From: an uncultured Acidobacteriota bacterium
GTDB lineage: Bacteria; Acidobacteriota; UBA6911; RPQK01; JAPXNP01
Length of the DNA stretch: 64,000 nt
Assembly: GCA_963777605.1 (NCBI GenBank)
Contig: CAVZRV010000011.1
Coordinates: 15,269 to 79,268, forward strand
Direction: 5' to 3'
The position numbers and the translations under genes are program-made. The notes beneath the pieces were generated by a model, which was not told where the DNA came from, made no database searches, and saw only the letters and a program-made list of their open reading frames with translations. Positions 30,859 to 39,941 of this stretch are shown here, in pieces (positions within the stretch are counted from its first letter, which is position 1; the number at the start of each line of letters is the position of its first letter).

Positions 30859-31335
30859 ATGGCAGAGAAAAGAAATCGAAGAGGCCGCAATCCTGAAGAC
30901 AGAGCAAAACGGACTCCGACCCCGGTTCGGGAGGCTGTGCCCCGAACCGGCACAAGCCCGCGGGGAGTCGACCCGGGCGATATCAAGGGGATCAATGCGC
31001 TGGTTACTCGGGGACGGGTCGCAGGCTATACAGTGGATTCCAACGGACTCGTGGTCAAACTCGATGTCAGCGCACTCAGCCGAATCGCCTTCTCGGTCAG
31101 TGCAGACGCCCCGCATTTCCGCCCCGCCGTGTCCATGACAATGATGGCCCTGAACAACCGGATTAACCCTGCAACTCAGGAAGGATCGGCTCATGACCAG
31201 CAGTACCTGTGGGTCAAGCTCCAGTCCAAAGCGGGCGGTGGCAACATCACGCCCGCCGCCGCCGTGGGGCTGTCCAACAGCAACGAAGCTGATCCCTTTG
31301 ACGTTGCCGGATTCGTCTTCTCTCCTGAATCGTAG
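30859..31335 (+). CDS. Hypothetical 158-aa protein with an Arg/Pro-rich N-terminal tail
   Basis: ATG 30859 lies 20 nt after the upstream stop. The product reads MAEKRNRRGRNPEDRAKRTPTPVREAVPRTGTSPRG, followed by a beta-rich domain. I recognise no family. Confidence 0.5.
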   Translation: MAEKRNRRGRNPEDRAKRTPTPVREAVPRTGTSPRGVDPGDIKGINALVTRGRVAGYTVDSNGLVVKLDVSALSRIAFSVSADAPHFRPAVSMTMMALNNRINPATQEGSAHDQQYLWVKLQSKAGGGNITPAAAVGLSNSNEADPFDVAGFVFSPES

Positions 31336-32082
31336 GAATTCCGGGAGGATCGATCCGCTGCCGGCCAACGGTGCTGATGCAACCAGGCGCAGCTGTGACG
31401 GTCCACGGCCAAAGGTTTCGAACGCCGATGACGAGAAGCGTCTTGAGCTGACCCAGGAAGGCCTTGACGTGCCGGCCTCGAACGTAGACGCCGGGGCTGA
31501 AACGAAAGACCAGCGCCAGGCGCCGGCGATCCCGATGATCTCGAGACTGTCGATCACTGGGGCTTTGCGGTGGCAGCGGGTTCGCTGCAAAAGGATCGGT
31601 GTCCGGCCTCGACGAGCGCTCCGCAAATATGACCTCTGCTGACTCCTCATCGGCTCTCGTCGCAGAGCTCTCCCCGAGTAAGGTGCTGCATCTATCCCGC
31701 CATGGCGTCCGGCTCTGCCAGGCACGTCTGGATCGGCTTCGGGTTTCACCTTGCCTCGCAGGCTGACCGCCCGTGCCCGGCCTCACTGCCGGCGTTGTTC
31801 CTACCGCCGTCGGTTTACCTCCCGCTTCCTTCAGCTTCGCCTCACGGCTGCGCCTAGTGTTTGGCTAAGGTTGGTCCCATCACCTCCTTTGAGTACCTTT
31901 CAACTCAATGGATTCAGCCCATGTCGGGCACCCGAGGGCGGACGTCCTCGTCCGCCACGACGGTTTGGGCGCCAGGCTCACGACAGATGGCATCCCCACA
32001 ACGCGGACAGCGACGTCCGCGATCCAAATGAAGCTTCAAGTTAGAACGGATTCCACGTCTGCAGTGACGTTTATCTGCAGAA

Positions 32083-32646
32083 TCAGCCGTCAAGGATCTT
32101 CTTGAGTGTTCGGGGCCAGAGTTCCTGCGATTCGACACGGAAGGCTCGGTTGAACTTGCTCGAACAGTTTTCCCAGGCGATCGTCGCGGTCAGTTCGACA
32201 AGTTCATCATCAGAGAACTCGGCCCTTAAACGCTCGAAGAGTTCGTCTGACACCTCAAGACTTGTGTCGGTGATGCAGTCGGCGTATTCGAGCGCAAGCC
32301 TCTCGCGGATATTGTAGTGAGGACTCTGTGGGTAATTGGGAAGATCCAGGATTTTCTCCTTGCTGGCACCCATTTCGCTGCCGACGGCAGCGTTGATGTC
32401 CTGTCAGAAGACACAGCCATTGAGTGAAGCGACCCGTCGGTTCACCAGCGCTGTCAGACCGCCGTCCAGTAGTCCTGACGCAGCCAGCCCTCCCCACATT
32501 CCGAGGACAGCCTGGAAGATTGTTGGCCTGCGAGCATAGAGTTCATAGGGTTCGAGCGGCGCGCCCCACCGCACGGTCTGTTGATCGAATGTCTTAGCGA
32601 TTCGTTCCCCAACCTGCCCTTTCTCGAGTCCCTTGATTCTTGCCAT
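32083..32646 (-). CDS. AhpD/carboxymuconolactone-decarboxylase (COG2128-like) family protein with an in-frame TGA at the CxxC position. It is either a candidate selenoprotein (CxxU) or a nonsense pseudogene.
   Basis: Two adjacent same-frame ORFs are separated only by TGA (32404-32406). The joined text reads LVNRRVASLNGCVF[TGA]QDINAAVGSEMGASKEKILDL...RERLALEYADCITDTSLEVSDELFERLRAEFSDDELVELTATIAWENCSSKFNRAF, which is colinear with CMD-family proteins that have NGCxYCxDxH. Confidence 0.65.
32377..32391 (-). promoter_or_regulatory. Hairpin 12 nt downstream of the in-frame UGA (bacterial SECIS-like)
   Basis: The mRNA reads UGA CAGGACAUCAAC GCUGCC GUC GGCAGC GAAAUG. It forms a perfect 6-bp stem with an apical loop starting with G, 18 nt after the UGA. 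A possible lower CAU/AUG pairing flanks it. Confidence 0.4.
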
Positions 32647-32920
32647 TCCCCGATTGTGCACCGAACCCCGGCCCGAGCGAAAGAGTACCCATCCTCCAGG
32701 GACGGCATCCGTGCGGGTGACTGCCCCGGGGCCGGATCTCCGTGTAGTCCATTCTCGACCTGCTGTCCGGAGGATGGTCGGCTGAGCAGATTCTCGAAGA
32801 ATTCGACAAGCTCAACCCGGCCGCACCCTCCTGGACGGGTTTGCGAAACAATTCTCATCCCTGCGTTCCGTCCCCAGCACTTGATATTTCCCGGCCCGCA
32901 ATCGACACTGGTTGCCGATC

Positions 32921-35372
32921 ATGAGACGTTGGTTGAAGGTCGTTCTCGTTGTCGTTTCCGGGATCCTGGTCCTGTTTCTGGCTGCGGCGCTCTGGGCCTA
33001 CAGCCTGGTTTCGGGGAGCCTGCCTCAGTTGGAAGGCGAGGTCGAAATTGCAGGCTTGGCGGCCCCGGTGACTGTCGAGCGGGACCAACTCGGCATCCCT
33101 TCGATTCGTGGAGAGAATCCCGTCGATGTGGCCCGGGCCCTGGGATTTGTCCATGGGCAGGACCGCTTCTTCCAGATGGACCTGACCCGCCGGCAGGCGG
33201 CTGGCGAACTGGCGGAACTGATCGGTCCCGTGGTCGTCGAAAGCGATCTGGGCGAGCCGCTTCCACCAGTTTCGAAAACGCGCCCGGCGGGTAGTCGAAT
33301 CCATGCCGGCGGGGCAAAGGGAAATCGTCGATGCCTATGTTGAAGGCGTCAATTCCGGACTGGACGGACTCGACCACAAACCCTTCGAATACTACTTCCT
33401 TCAGGCGGATCCCAAACCATGGAATGCGGAGGACACCATTCTGACCCTGGTGGCAATGTTCTTCATGCTGAACGATGAGACCGGGATCCGGGAATCAGAC
33501 AGGGGAGTGCTTTACGACATCCTTCCAACCGAAATGGCCCGGTTCATCGCCCCGGAAGGAACCAGGTGGGATGCGCCGATCGTTGGGGATGCCTTTGTGT
33601 CCGATCACATCCCCGGCCCCGAGGTCTTCGATTCTCGCGATACTCTCCAGGGGCCGCAGGCAGGAGGAAGAGACCGCTCAGACGAATCTCGAGGTGACTC
33701 CGTATCCCCGGTTCCCTTCTGGTCTCAATTCCCGGACGAACTCCAGTCCCTCGTCGGATCCAACAACTGGTCCGTCGCCGGTTCGCGGACGAATGACGGA
33801 CGCGCCATCGTCGCCGATGACATGCACCTGGGGATTTCCGTCCCCAACACCTGGTACCGGGCGTTGCTTCAATGGAAGAGTGACGGTTCCGGGCAGGATG
33901 CGACAACGACGGTAGTCGGAGTGACGCTTCCCGGAATCCCGGCGGTCGTGGCGGGAAGCAACACTCACGTTGCCTGGGGATTCACCAATTCCACAGGCGA
34001 CTGGTCCGACCTGATCGTACTGGAAATCAACCCGGATCATCCGGACCAGTACCTGACCCCGGACGGATACAAGACTTTCGAAGTCGAGAAGGAGACGATT
34101 GACGTCAAGGGAGAAGAGCCCCGCACCCTGGAGATCCATCACACGATCTGGGGACCGGTGATTGACGAGGACCACCTCGGCCGGCCGAGAGCGCTTCGAT
34201 GGATCGCCCATGATCCCGAAGCGGTCAATCTCAACCGCATCGCGCTCTCCGGTGCGTCCAATATGGAGGAAGCCGTCGAAACGGCCAATCGCAGCGGGAT
34301 CCCTCCTCAGAATTTCGTCGTCGTCGATCGAAGCGGACGCACGGCCTGGACGATTGAAGGACGGATCCCGCGCAGAGTCGGGTTTGACGGCCAAGTGCCC
34401 GTCTCCTGGGCTGACGGGTCCCGGAAATGGGATGGCTATTACCCGCCGGAAGAGTATCCTCGAGTGATCGATCCGGCGTCCGGGGCCCTGTGGACCGCGA
34501 ATTCACGCGTGGTCAACGGAGAAATGCTGGAGAAGATTGGCCAGGGACTTTATGATCTGGGAGCCCGAACCCAGCAGATCCGCGACGACCTGTTCGCACA
34601 GGGGACGTTCTCCGAGCAGGACATGCTCAAGATCCAGCTGGACAACCGCGCCCTCCTCGTCTCGCCCGGTGGCGGGACTTGATCCTCCAACTCGTGGACG
34701 AGGAAGCGATTCAGGGGAACAGTGACCGAAGGGTTTTCAGAGACCTGGTCGAAAACAGCTGGTCTGGAAGGGCGTCGGTCGATTCGATCGGATACCCCCT
34801 GGTCCGCACTTTTCGGCTTATCACCGATGAAAAAGTCTTCGACTGGCTGACCGAATCCTGTAAGGCAGCCGATGAACGGTTCAGTCCGTCCGGATTTAAC
34901 CAGCGGGAACAGTCTCTCTGGCTGATGGTCACCAGAACGGCCGATCCACCTGCTCGACCCCAGCTACGAATCCTGGGAGCAATTCCTGCTCTCCGTTGTG
35001 GACGAGACGATCGCTCGCTACGGCGGTGTTTCGGAGCTTCCCAAAACCACCTGGGGAAAATTGAACACCGCTCGGATCCAGCACCCGCTCAGTCGCGCAG
35101 TTCCCTTCCTTTCGTCCTGGCTTGACATGCCGGCCGACCAACTGGCCGGCGACGGAAACATGCCCCGGGCACTGGGGCCCAACTGGGGTGCGTCCGAACG
35201 ATTCGCGGTTTCGCCAGGGCGCGAGGAAGAGGGCTATCTCCACATGCCGACCGGGCAGAGCGGACACCCCCTCTCACCCTACTACCGATCCAGCCACAGC
35301 GCCTGGGTCAAGGGTTTGCCCACCCCGTTTCTGCCCGGCAAGCCCGAGAAGGTGCTGACGTTGCGTCCGTGA
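32921..35372 (+). pseudogene. Penicillin/AHL acylase (Ntn hydrolase, penicillin amidase family), broken into four frames
   Basis: It starts MRRWLKVVLVVVSGILVLFLAAALW...GIPSIRGENPVDVARALGFVHGQDRFFQMD. The catalytic region is GSNNWSVAGSRTNDGRAIVADDMHL. The C-terminus reads GDGNMPRALGPNWGASERFAVSPG...HMPTGQSGHPLSPYY. Frame changes occur near 33225-33250, 34650-34665 and 34925-34940. Confidence 0.75.
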
Positions 35373-35890
35373 GGCGCTCCTCAAAGAAACCGGATTGCTA
35401 CTGGCAGACGTGAAACTTCAATTTGAATGAACTGGAAATCCTGGATGATTTGGACGCGTCTGGATGGGGATTCGGGCGATCAGTGGAGAGCCAGGGACGC
35501 GATTATCGGCTGGAACCTGGTTCCTGGTCCGGTGCCAGACGTGGATGAGTGATGAGCACAGGATCGGCGCCGTGCTGGCCCCTGAAGGGGGCCTGTTTCC
35601 AGCCCAGGCATTTGCCTGGGTTTACGGTTCCCCCATCAAGAATCCAGCCCTGAAAGGGCGGCACAGCTCTCCGGACGTGAAGAATCGGCGCGACCTTACA
35701 GGCCGCGATCGCCTTGCCGGGACCACAGAGAGGGTAAACCCTGGGCTGAAACCAAGGCGCCAGGGGCAGTTTCACTCCGTGAATGATCCGTGGAGGCTTG
35801 GCGTTTACACTCAAAACGCCCAGAATGAAACTTGGGCAATCGATCGGGCCAGTGAACAGCAACACATTGAAGCGTATAAGGAGAAACCCA

Positions 35891-37258
35891 ATGCAGGACA
35901 TGGACAGGCGCACATTCATCAGGAAATCTTCAGCCGTTTCCGCCGGAGTGATGTCCGGCTTGGCGGGGCTCGGAAACTCATCCGCCCGCTCTAACCCGAG
36001 CGATACGATCAACGTCGCTGTCATTGGAATCCGCAATAGAGGCAAAGAACACTGTCGTGCGCTGTCGGAAATACCCAACGTGAGAATCGCGGCTTTATGT
36101 GACATCGACCAGCGACTGCTTCCGGAGGCGGTGGCCGAGGTCGAAAAACTGACCGGCTACCGGCCCAAGACAGAAACCGAATACCGGAAGATTCTCGACG
36201 ACAAGAGTATCGACGTCGTCACGATCGCCACACCGAATCACTGGCATGCCCTGCAAACGATCTGGGCTTGCCAGGCGGGCAAGGATGTCTACGTCGAAAA
36301 ACCGGTCTCGCACACGGTTCTCGAAGGCAGAAAGATGGTGGAGGCCGCCCGGAAGTACAGCCGCGTGGTGCAGACGGGAACCCAGGCGAGAAGCAGCTTC
36401 CCGACCAACCAGGCGATCGAGTTCATCAGGGGCAACGGACTAGGGGACGTGTACATGGCAAAAGGGCTGTGCATCAAACCCCGGGGAAGCATCGGGCATG
36501 TCAAGGACAGCACGATTCCGGAGGGGGTCAACTGGGATGCGTTTCTGGGTCCGGCACCGTACAGGCCCTTTAACCTCAATCGATTTCATTACCGGTGGCA
36601 CTGGTTTTGGGATACGGGCTGCGGCGACCTCGGGAACCAGGGGATCCACCAGGCCGATGTAGCCCGTTGGGCACTGAACAAGACAACTCATCCCGTGAAG
36701 ATCCAGGGTGTCGGGAACAAGTTCATCCTGGATTCCGATCAGGAAACTCCGAATATCCAGAATTTGACGTTTGAATACCCAGATTCTTCGATCCTGCATT
36801 TTGAAGTGAGAGGCCTGCCGAGCAACACGGAAGGCGGCGTTACGGTTGGAGACCTCGTTTTCGGCTCGAAAGGCTGGATGAGTATCGACAATGAAGATGT
36901 CGGGCGAAGCCAGGTCCGGTATGGTGAGATAAACCTCCTGCCAATTGGCTACTCGTCTTACAAGGAAGAGGCCGGCCCTGTTTTTTCGAACGAGGATCCC
37001 GGGACTGCCGACGCGGTGAAGAACCATTTCCTGAACTTCCTGGACTGCGTCCGGTCACGGAACTGGCGAGACCTGCACGCAGACATCCTGGAAGGGCACA
37101 TTTCAACGAGTCTCTGCCACCTGGGTAACATCGCGTGCAGGCTTGGCAGAACACTTGAATTCGATCCTGAAACAGAGAAGTTCGTCAACGACAAGGAAGC
37201 GGACGGCTATCTGACGAAAACGTATCGAGCCCCTTATCTGCTGCCGCAAACTGTGTAA
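35891..37258 (+). CDS. Gfo/Idh/MocA family oxidoreductase with Tat signal
   Basis: AAGGAG lies upstream of ATG 35891. The product starts MQDMDRRTFIRKSSAVSAGVMSG and has VAVIGIRNRGKEH and VEKPVSH motifs. Confidence 0.85.
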   Translation: MQDMDRRTFIRKSSAVSAGVMSGLAGLGNSSARSNPSDTINVAVIGIRNRGKEHCRALSEIPNVRIAALCDIDQRLLPEAVAEVEKLTGYRPKTETEYRKILDDKSIDVVTIATPNHWHALQTIWACQAGKDVYVEKPVSHTVLEGRKMVEAARKYSRVVQTGTQARSSFPTNQAIEFIRGNGLGDVYMAKGLCIKPRGSIGHVKDSTIPEGVNWDAFLGPAPYRPFNLNRFHYRWHWFWDTGCGDLGNQGIHQADVARWALNKTTHPVKIQGVGNKFILDSDQETPNIQNLTFEYPDSSILHFEVRGLPSNTEGGVTVGDLVFGSKGWMSIDNEDVGRSQVRYGEINLLPIGYSSYKEEAGPVFSNEDPGTADAVKNHFLNFLDCVRSRNWRDLHADILEGHISTSLCHLGNIACRLGRTLEFDPETEKFVNDKEADGYLTKTYRAPYLLPQTV

Positions 37259-37568
37259 CGCGGCGTCCACGGTGGGCAGGGTGCTTCCTCCCGTTCTGTC
37301 TTCCGCTAAGATTCCTGCTGTTTCCTGATTGTCCGGCTTCTCGAGAAAGCGGATTGAGCCGAATCGATCCGGCAACCCGGCCCGGGCTCGGAAGGACCAC
37401 GATCTATGACCTTGAGCGCCGCACGGTTGCTCTCCATGCTTCCCGGTTGCCAGCTTGAATGTGCCCGTCCGGGCGCCACGGCCACGAAACAATGAGTGCA
37501 GCTTGCGCCGATACCGGAACCTTAGCCCTACCTGAAAAATTCCCGATGGTAAGATCGGTTCAGATGTC

Positions 37569-37607
37569 GAGGGGAAATCGGCGAATAATTGAACAGCCTT
37601 TCCCCTC
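37569..37607 (+). promoter_or_regulatory. 9-bp perfect inverted repeat in the egtB leader
   Basis: GAGGGGAAA (37569-37577), a 21-nt loop and TTTCCCCTC (37599-37607) end 30 nt before ATG 37638. Its function is unknown. Confidence 0.3.
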
Positions 37608-37637
37608 AGAATACGCTTCAAAAACGATGTCCCAGGA

Positions 37638-38957
37638 GTGGACCTGATGTCGCCCAGACAAACAGCCGCCGTTGGCAATTCTCCAAGAACCTCCGAATTT
37701 CTCAGCCAGACGTTGATCGCAGACTACCAGCGCGTTCGCGCCTTTTCCGAAAGAATCTGCGCCCCGCTCAAAACCGAGGACTGCGTGATCCAGTCCATGC
37801 CCGACGCCAGCCCGACGCGCTGGCACCTGGCCCACGTGAGCTGGTTTTTCGAGACCTTCGTGCTCAGTCCGGCCGTTACCGGTTACCGGTCGCCGCACCC
37901 GCTTTTCGCCTACCTCTTCAATTCCTATTACAACGCCGTCGGCCCCCAGTTCAACCGCCTCCGCCGCGGCCTGATTTCGCGCCCAACGGTCGAGGAAACC
38001 TATGCTTATCGCCGCGCCGTGGATGAGGCGATGACTGATTTTCTTGCGGGTTGTGATACGGCGGCGCTGGAGCGCTGGGCGCCGGTCGTAGCCCTCGGTC
38101 TGCATCACGAGCAGCAGCATCAGGAATTGATTCTGACCGACATAAAGCACGTCCTGGCGCAAAATCCGCTGCATCCCATTTACGCTGCCGCTGAGTCACC
38201 GTCCGCTGCCCCGCCGCCCCCGCTGGGATGGCACGCTTATCCTGAAGGCATTGGTTGGATCGGCCACGCGGATGACGGTTTTGCCTATGACAATGAGGCC
38301 CCGAGCCACCGCCGCTTTCTGGAAGCGTTTGAGCTCGCCTCGCGCTTAATCACCTGTGGCGAATACCTGGAATTCATGGCGGACGGCGGCTACCAGCGCC
38401 CCGAGTTCTGGCTTTCCGAGGGGTGGGCCACCGCCCGCTCCGAGAATTGGCAAAATCCGCTGTACTGGGCGCACGAGGACGGGCAGTGGTGGCTGATAAC
38501 GCTGCACGGGTGGCGCCCGGTCGAACCACACGAGCCGGTTTGTCACGTCAGCTACTTCGAGGCCGATGCCTACGCCCGCTGGGCCGGAGCACGCCTGCCG
38601 TCCGAGGCGGAATGGGAAACGGCCGCCCGCGTGCTGCCGATCGAGGGTCACTTCGCCGAAGAGGGCTTTTTCCATCCGCGCCCGCTCTCCGTGGCGGATT
38701 CGTCCGCGACCCCGGAGCAGATGTACGGCAACGTGTGGGAGTGGACGCAAAGCCCTTATGTCGCCTATCCCGGTTTTCAACCGGCGGCTGGAGCGATCGG
38801 TGAATATAACGGCAAGTTCATGTGCAATCAGTTCGTGTTGCGCGGCGGCTCCTGCGCGACATCAATCACCCACATTCGCCCAACATATCGTAATTTCTTT
38901 CCGCCGGCGGCCCGTTGGCAATTCATGGGTCTCCGGCTGGCCAGGGATGTCAAATGA
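37638..38957 (+). CDS. egtB: Ergothioneine biosynthesis sulfoxide synthase EgtB (DinB_2 + FGE-sulfatase domains)
   Basis: Motifs are PDASPTRWHLAHVSWFFETFVL, HHEQQHQELILTD, GGYQRPEFWLSEGW, YFEADAYARWAGARLPSEAEWE and VLRGGSCATS. Confidence 0.85.
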   Translation: MDLMSPRQTAAVGNSPRTSEFLSQTLIADYQRVRAFSERICAPLKTEDCVIQSMPDASPTRWHLAHVSWFFETFVLSPAVTGYRSPHPLFAYLFNSYYNAVGPQFNRLRRGLISRPTVEETYAYRRAVDEAMTDFLAGCDTAALERWAPVVALGLHHEQQHQELILTDIKHVLAQNPLHPIYAAAESPSAAPPPPLGWHAYPEGIGWIGHADDGFAYDNEAPSHRRFLEAFELASRLITCGEYLEFMADGGYQRPEFWLSEGWATARSENWQNPLYWAHEDGQWWLITLHGWRPVEPHEPVCHVSYFEADAYARWAGARLPSEAEWETAARVLPIEGHFAEEGFFHPRPLSVADSSATPEQMYGNVWEWTQSPYVAYPGFQPAAGAIGEYNGKFMCNQFVLRGGSCATSITHIRPTYRNFFPPAARWQFMGLRLARDVK

Positions 38958-39941
38958 TGCCAACGACTGGTTTATTGGCTCCGCCGGCGTTCGCCGCCGA
39001 CCGGGCAACCTTCCTCGAGGAGGTGATGCTGGGGCTGGGCCGAAACCCAAAAGAGCTTCCCTGCAAGTACTTCTACGATGCCTTGGGATCGCGGCTGTTC
39101 GAGGAGATCTGCCAGCTGCCGGAATACTACCCGACGCGCACCGAGTTGGCGATCATGCGCCGGGCAATTGGTGAAATCGTCGAGGCCATTGGGCCACAGA
39201 GCCTGCTCATCGAGTATGGCAGCGGCAGCAGCCTGAAAACCCGCCTGCTCCTCGATCACGCGCCCCACCTGGCCGGGTACATTCCGATCGATATCTCCGC
39301 CACGCAGCTTGCTCTGGCGGTGCGCGCCCTCTCGAAGCAATATCCGCGGCTGCCGCATCTGTCCGCTGTGCGCCGACTACACACGACCGTACGAACTGCC
39401 CGAGGCGGCGCTTGGGGACAGCCGGCGTGTGGTCTTTTTCCCCGGTTCCACGATTGGTAACTTTGCTCCGGCCCAGGCCACCGACTTCCTGAGACACATC
39501 GCGCAGGTTTGCGGCCCGGGAGGCGGGTTGATCATCGGCGTCGACCTCATAAAGGATCCGTGCCGGCTCAACGCCGCCTACAACGACGCCCGCGGAGTGA
39601 CGGCAGCGTTCAACCTCAACCTGCTCCGCCGCATTAACCGTGAACTCGGCGCCGACTTCCGGCTGGATCGGTTTACGCACCGTGCCTTTTACAACCCAAG
39701 CGCGGGCCGTATCGAGATGCACCTGGTCAGCCTCGCCCGCCAGGAGGTACACCTGAACGGCGCTACGATTCCGTTTGAGCTGGGCGAATCGGTTTGGACC
39801 GAGAGTTCCTATAAGTATTCCCCCGCAGACTTCGCGAGACTGGCGGCCACTGCCGGCTGGCGCGTCGAGCGGGTCTGGACCGATCCCGGGCAGTTGTTCA
39901 GCATCCAGCACCTGGCCCGAGTGGATCAGAAACACAGGTAA
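38954..39941 (+). CDS. egtD: L-histidine N-alpha-methyltransferase EgtD, with a frame break near 39350-39355
   Basis: ATGA start/stop overlap with egtB. The first frame reads LPCKYFYDALGSRLFEEICQLPEYYPTRTE...EYGSGSSLKTRLLL...QYPRLP. The next frame reads ICPLCADYTRPYELP...VVFFPGSTIGNFAP...TESSYKYS. One extra C explains the split. Confidence 0.8.

Noticed and set aside
30664-31749. 361-aa minus-strand ORF spanning the end of the cassette
   Set aside because: It is Arg/Ser/Pro/Gly-rich. It overlaps better plus-strand genes (29521-30836, 30859-31335) in antisense and has no start context. This is typical of chance open frames in GC-rich DNA.
31193-31786. 149-aa plus and 179-aa minus ORFs in the ORF-poor stretch after the cassette
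   Set aside because: They overlap each other, are Arg-rich and have no start signals. The stretch is reported as an unexplained region instead.
35464-36105. 176-aa plus and 200-aa minus ORFs in the gap before the second Gfo/Idh/MocA gene. I also considered a REP-like repeat element here.
   Set aside because: The two ORFs overlap each other, have no RBS and are compositionally odd. I cannot show a repeat without the rest of the genome, so only the hairpins are reported.
37638-39941. The egtB-egtD pair as the novel system
   Set aside because: The motifs match the well-known ergothioneine enzymes. Only the operon compaction and the DinB partner are noteworthy.
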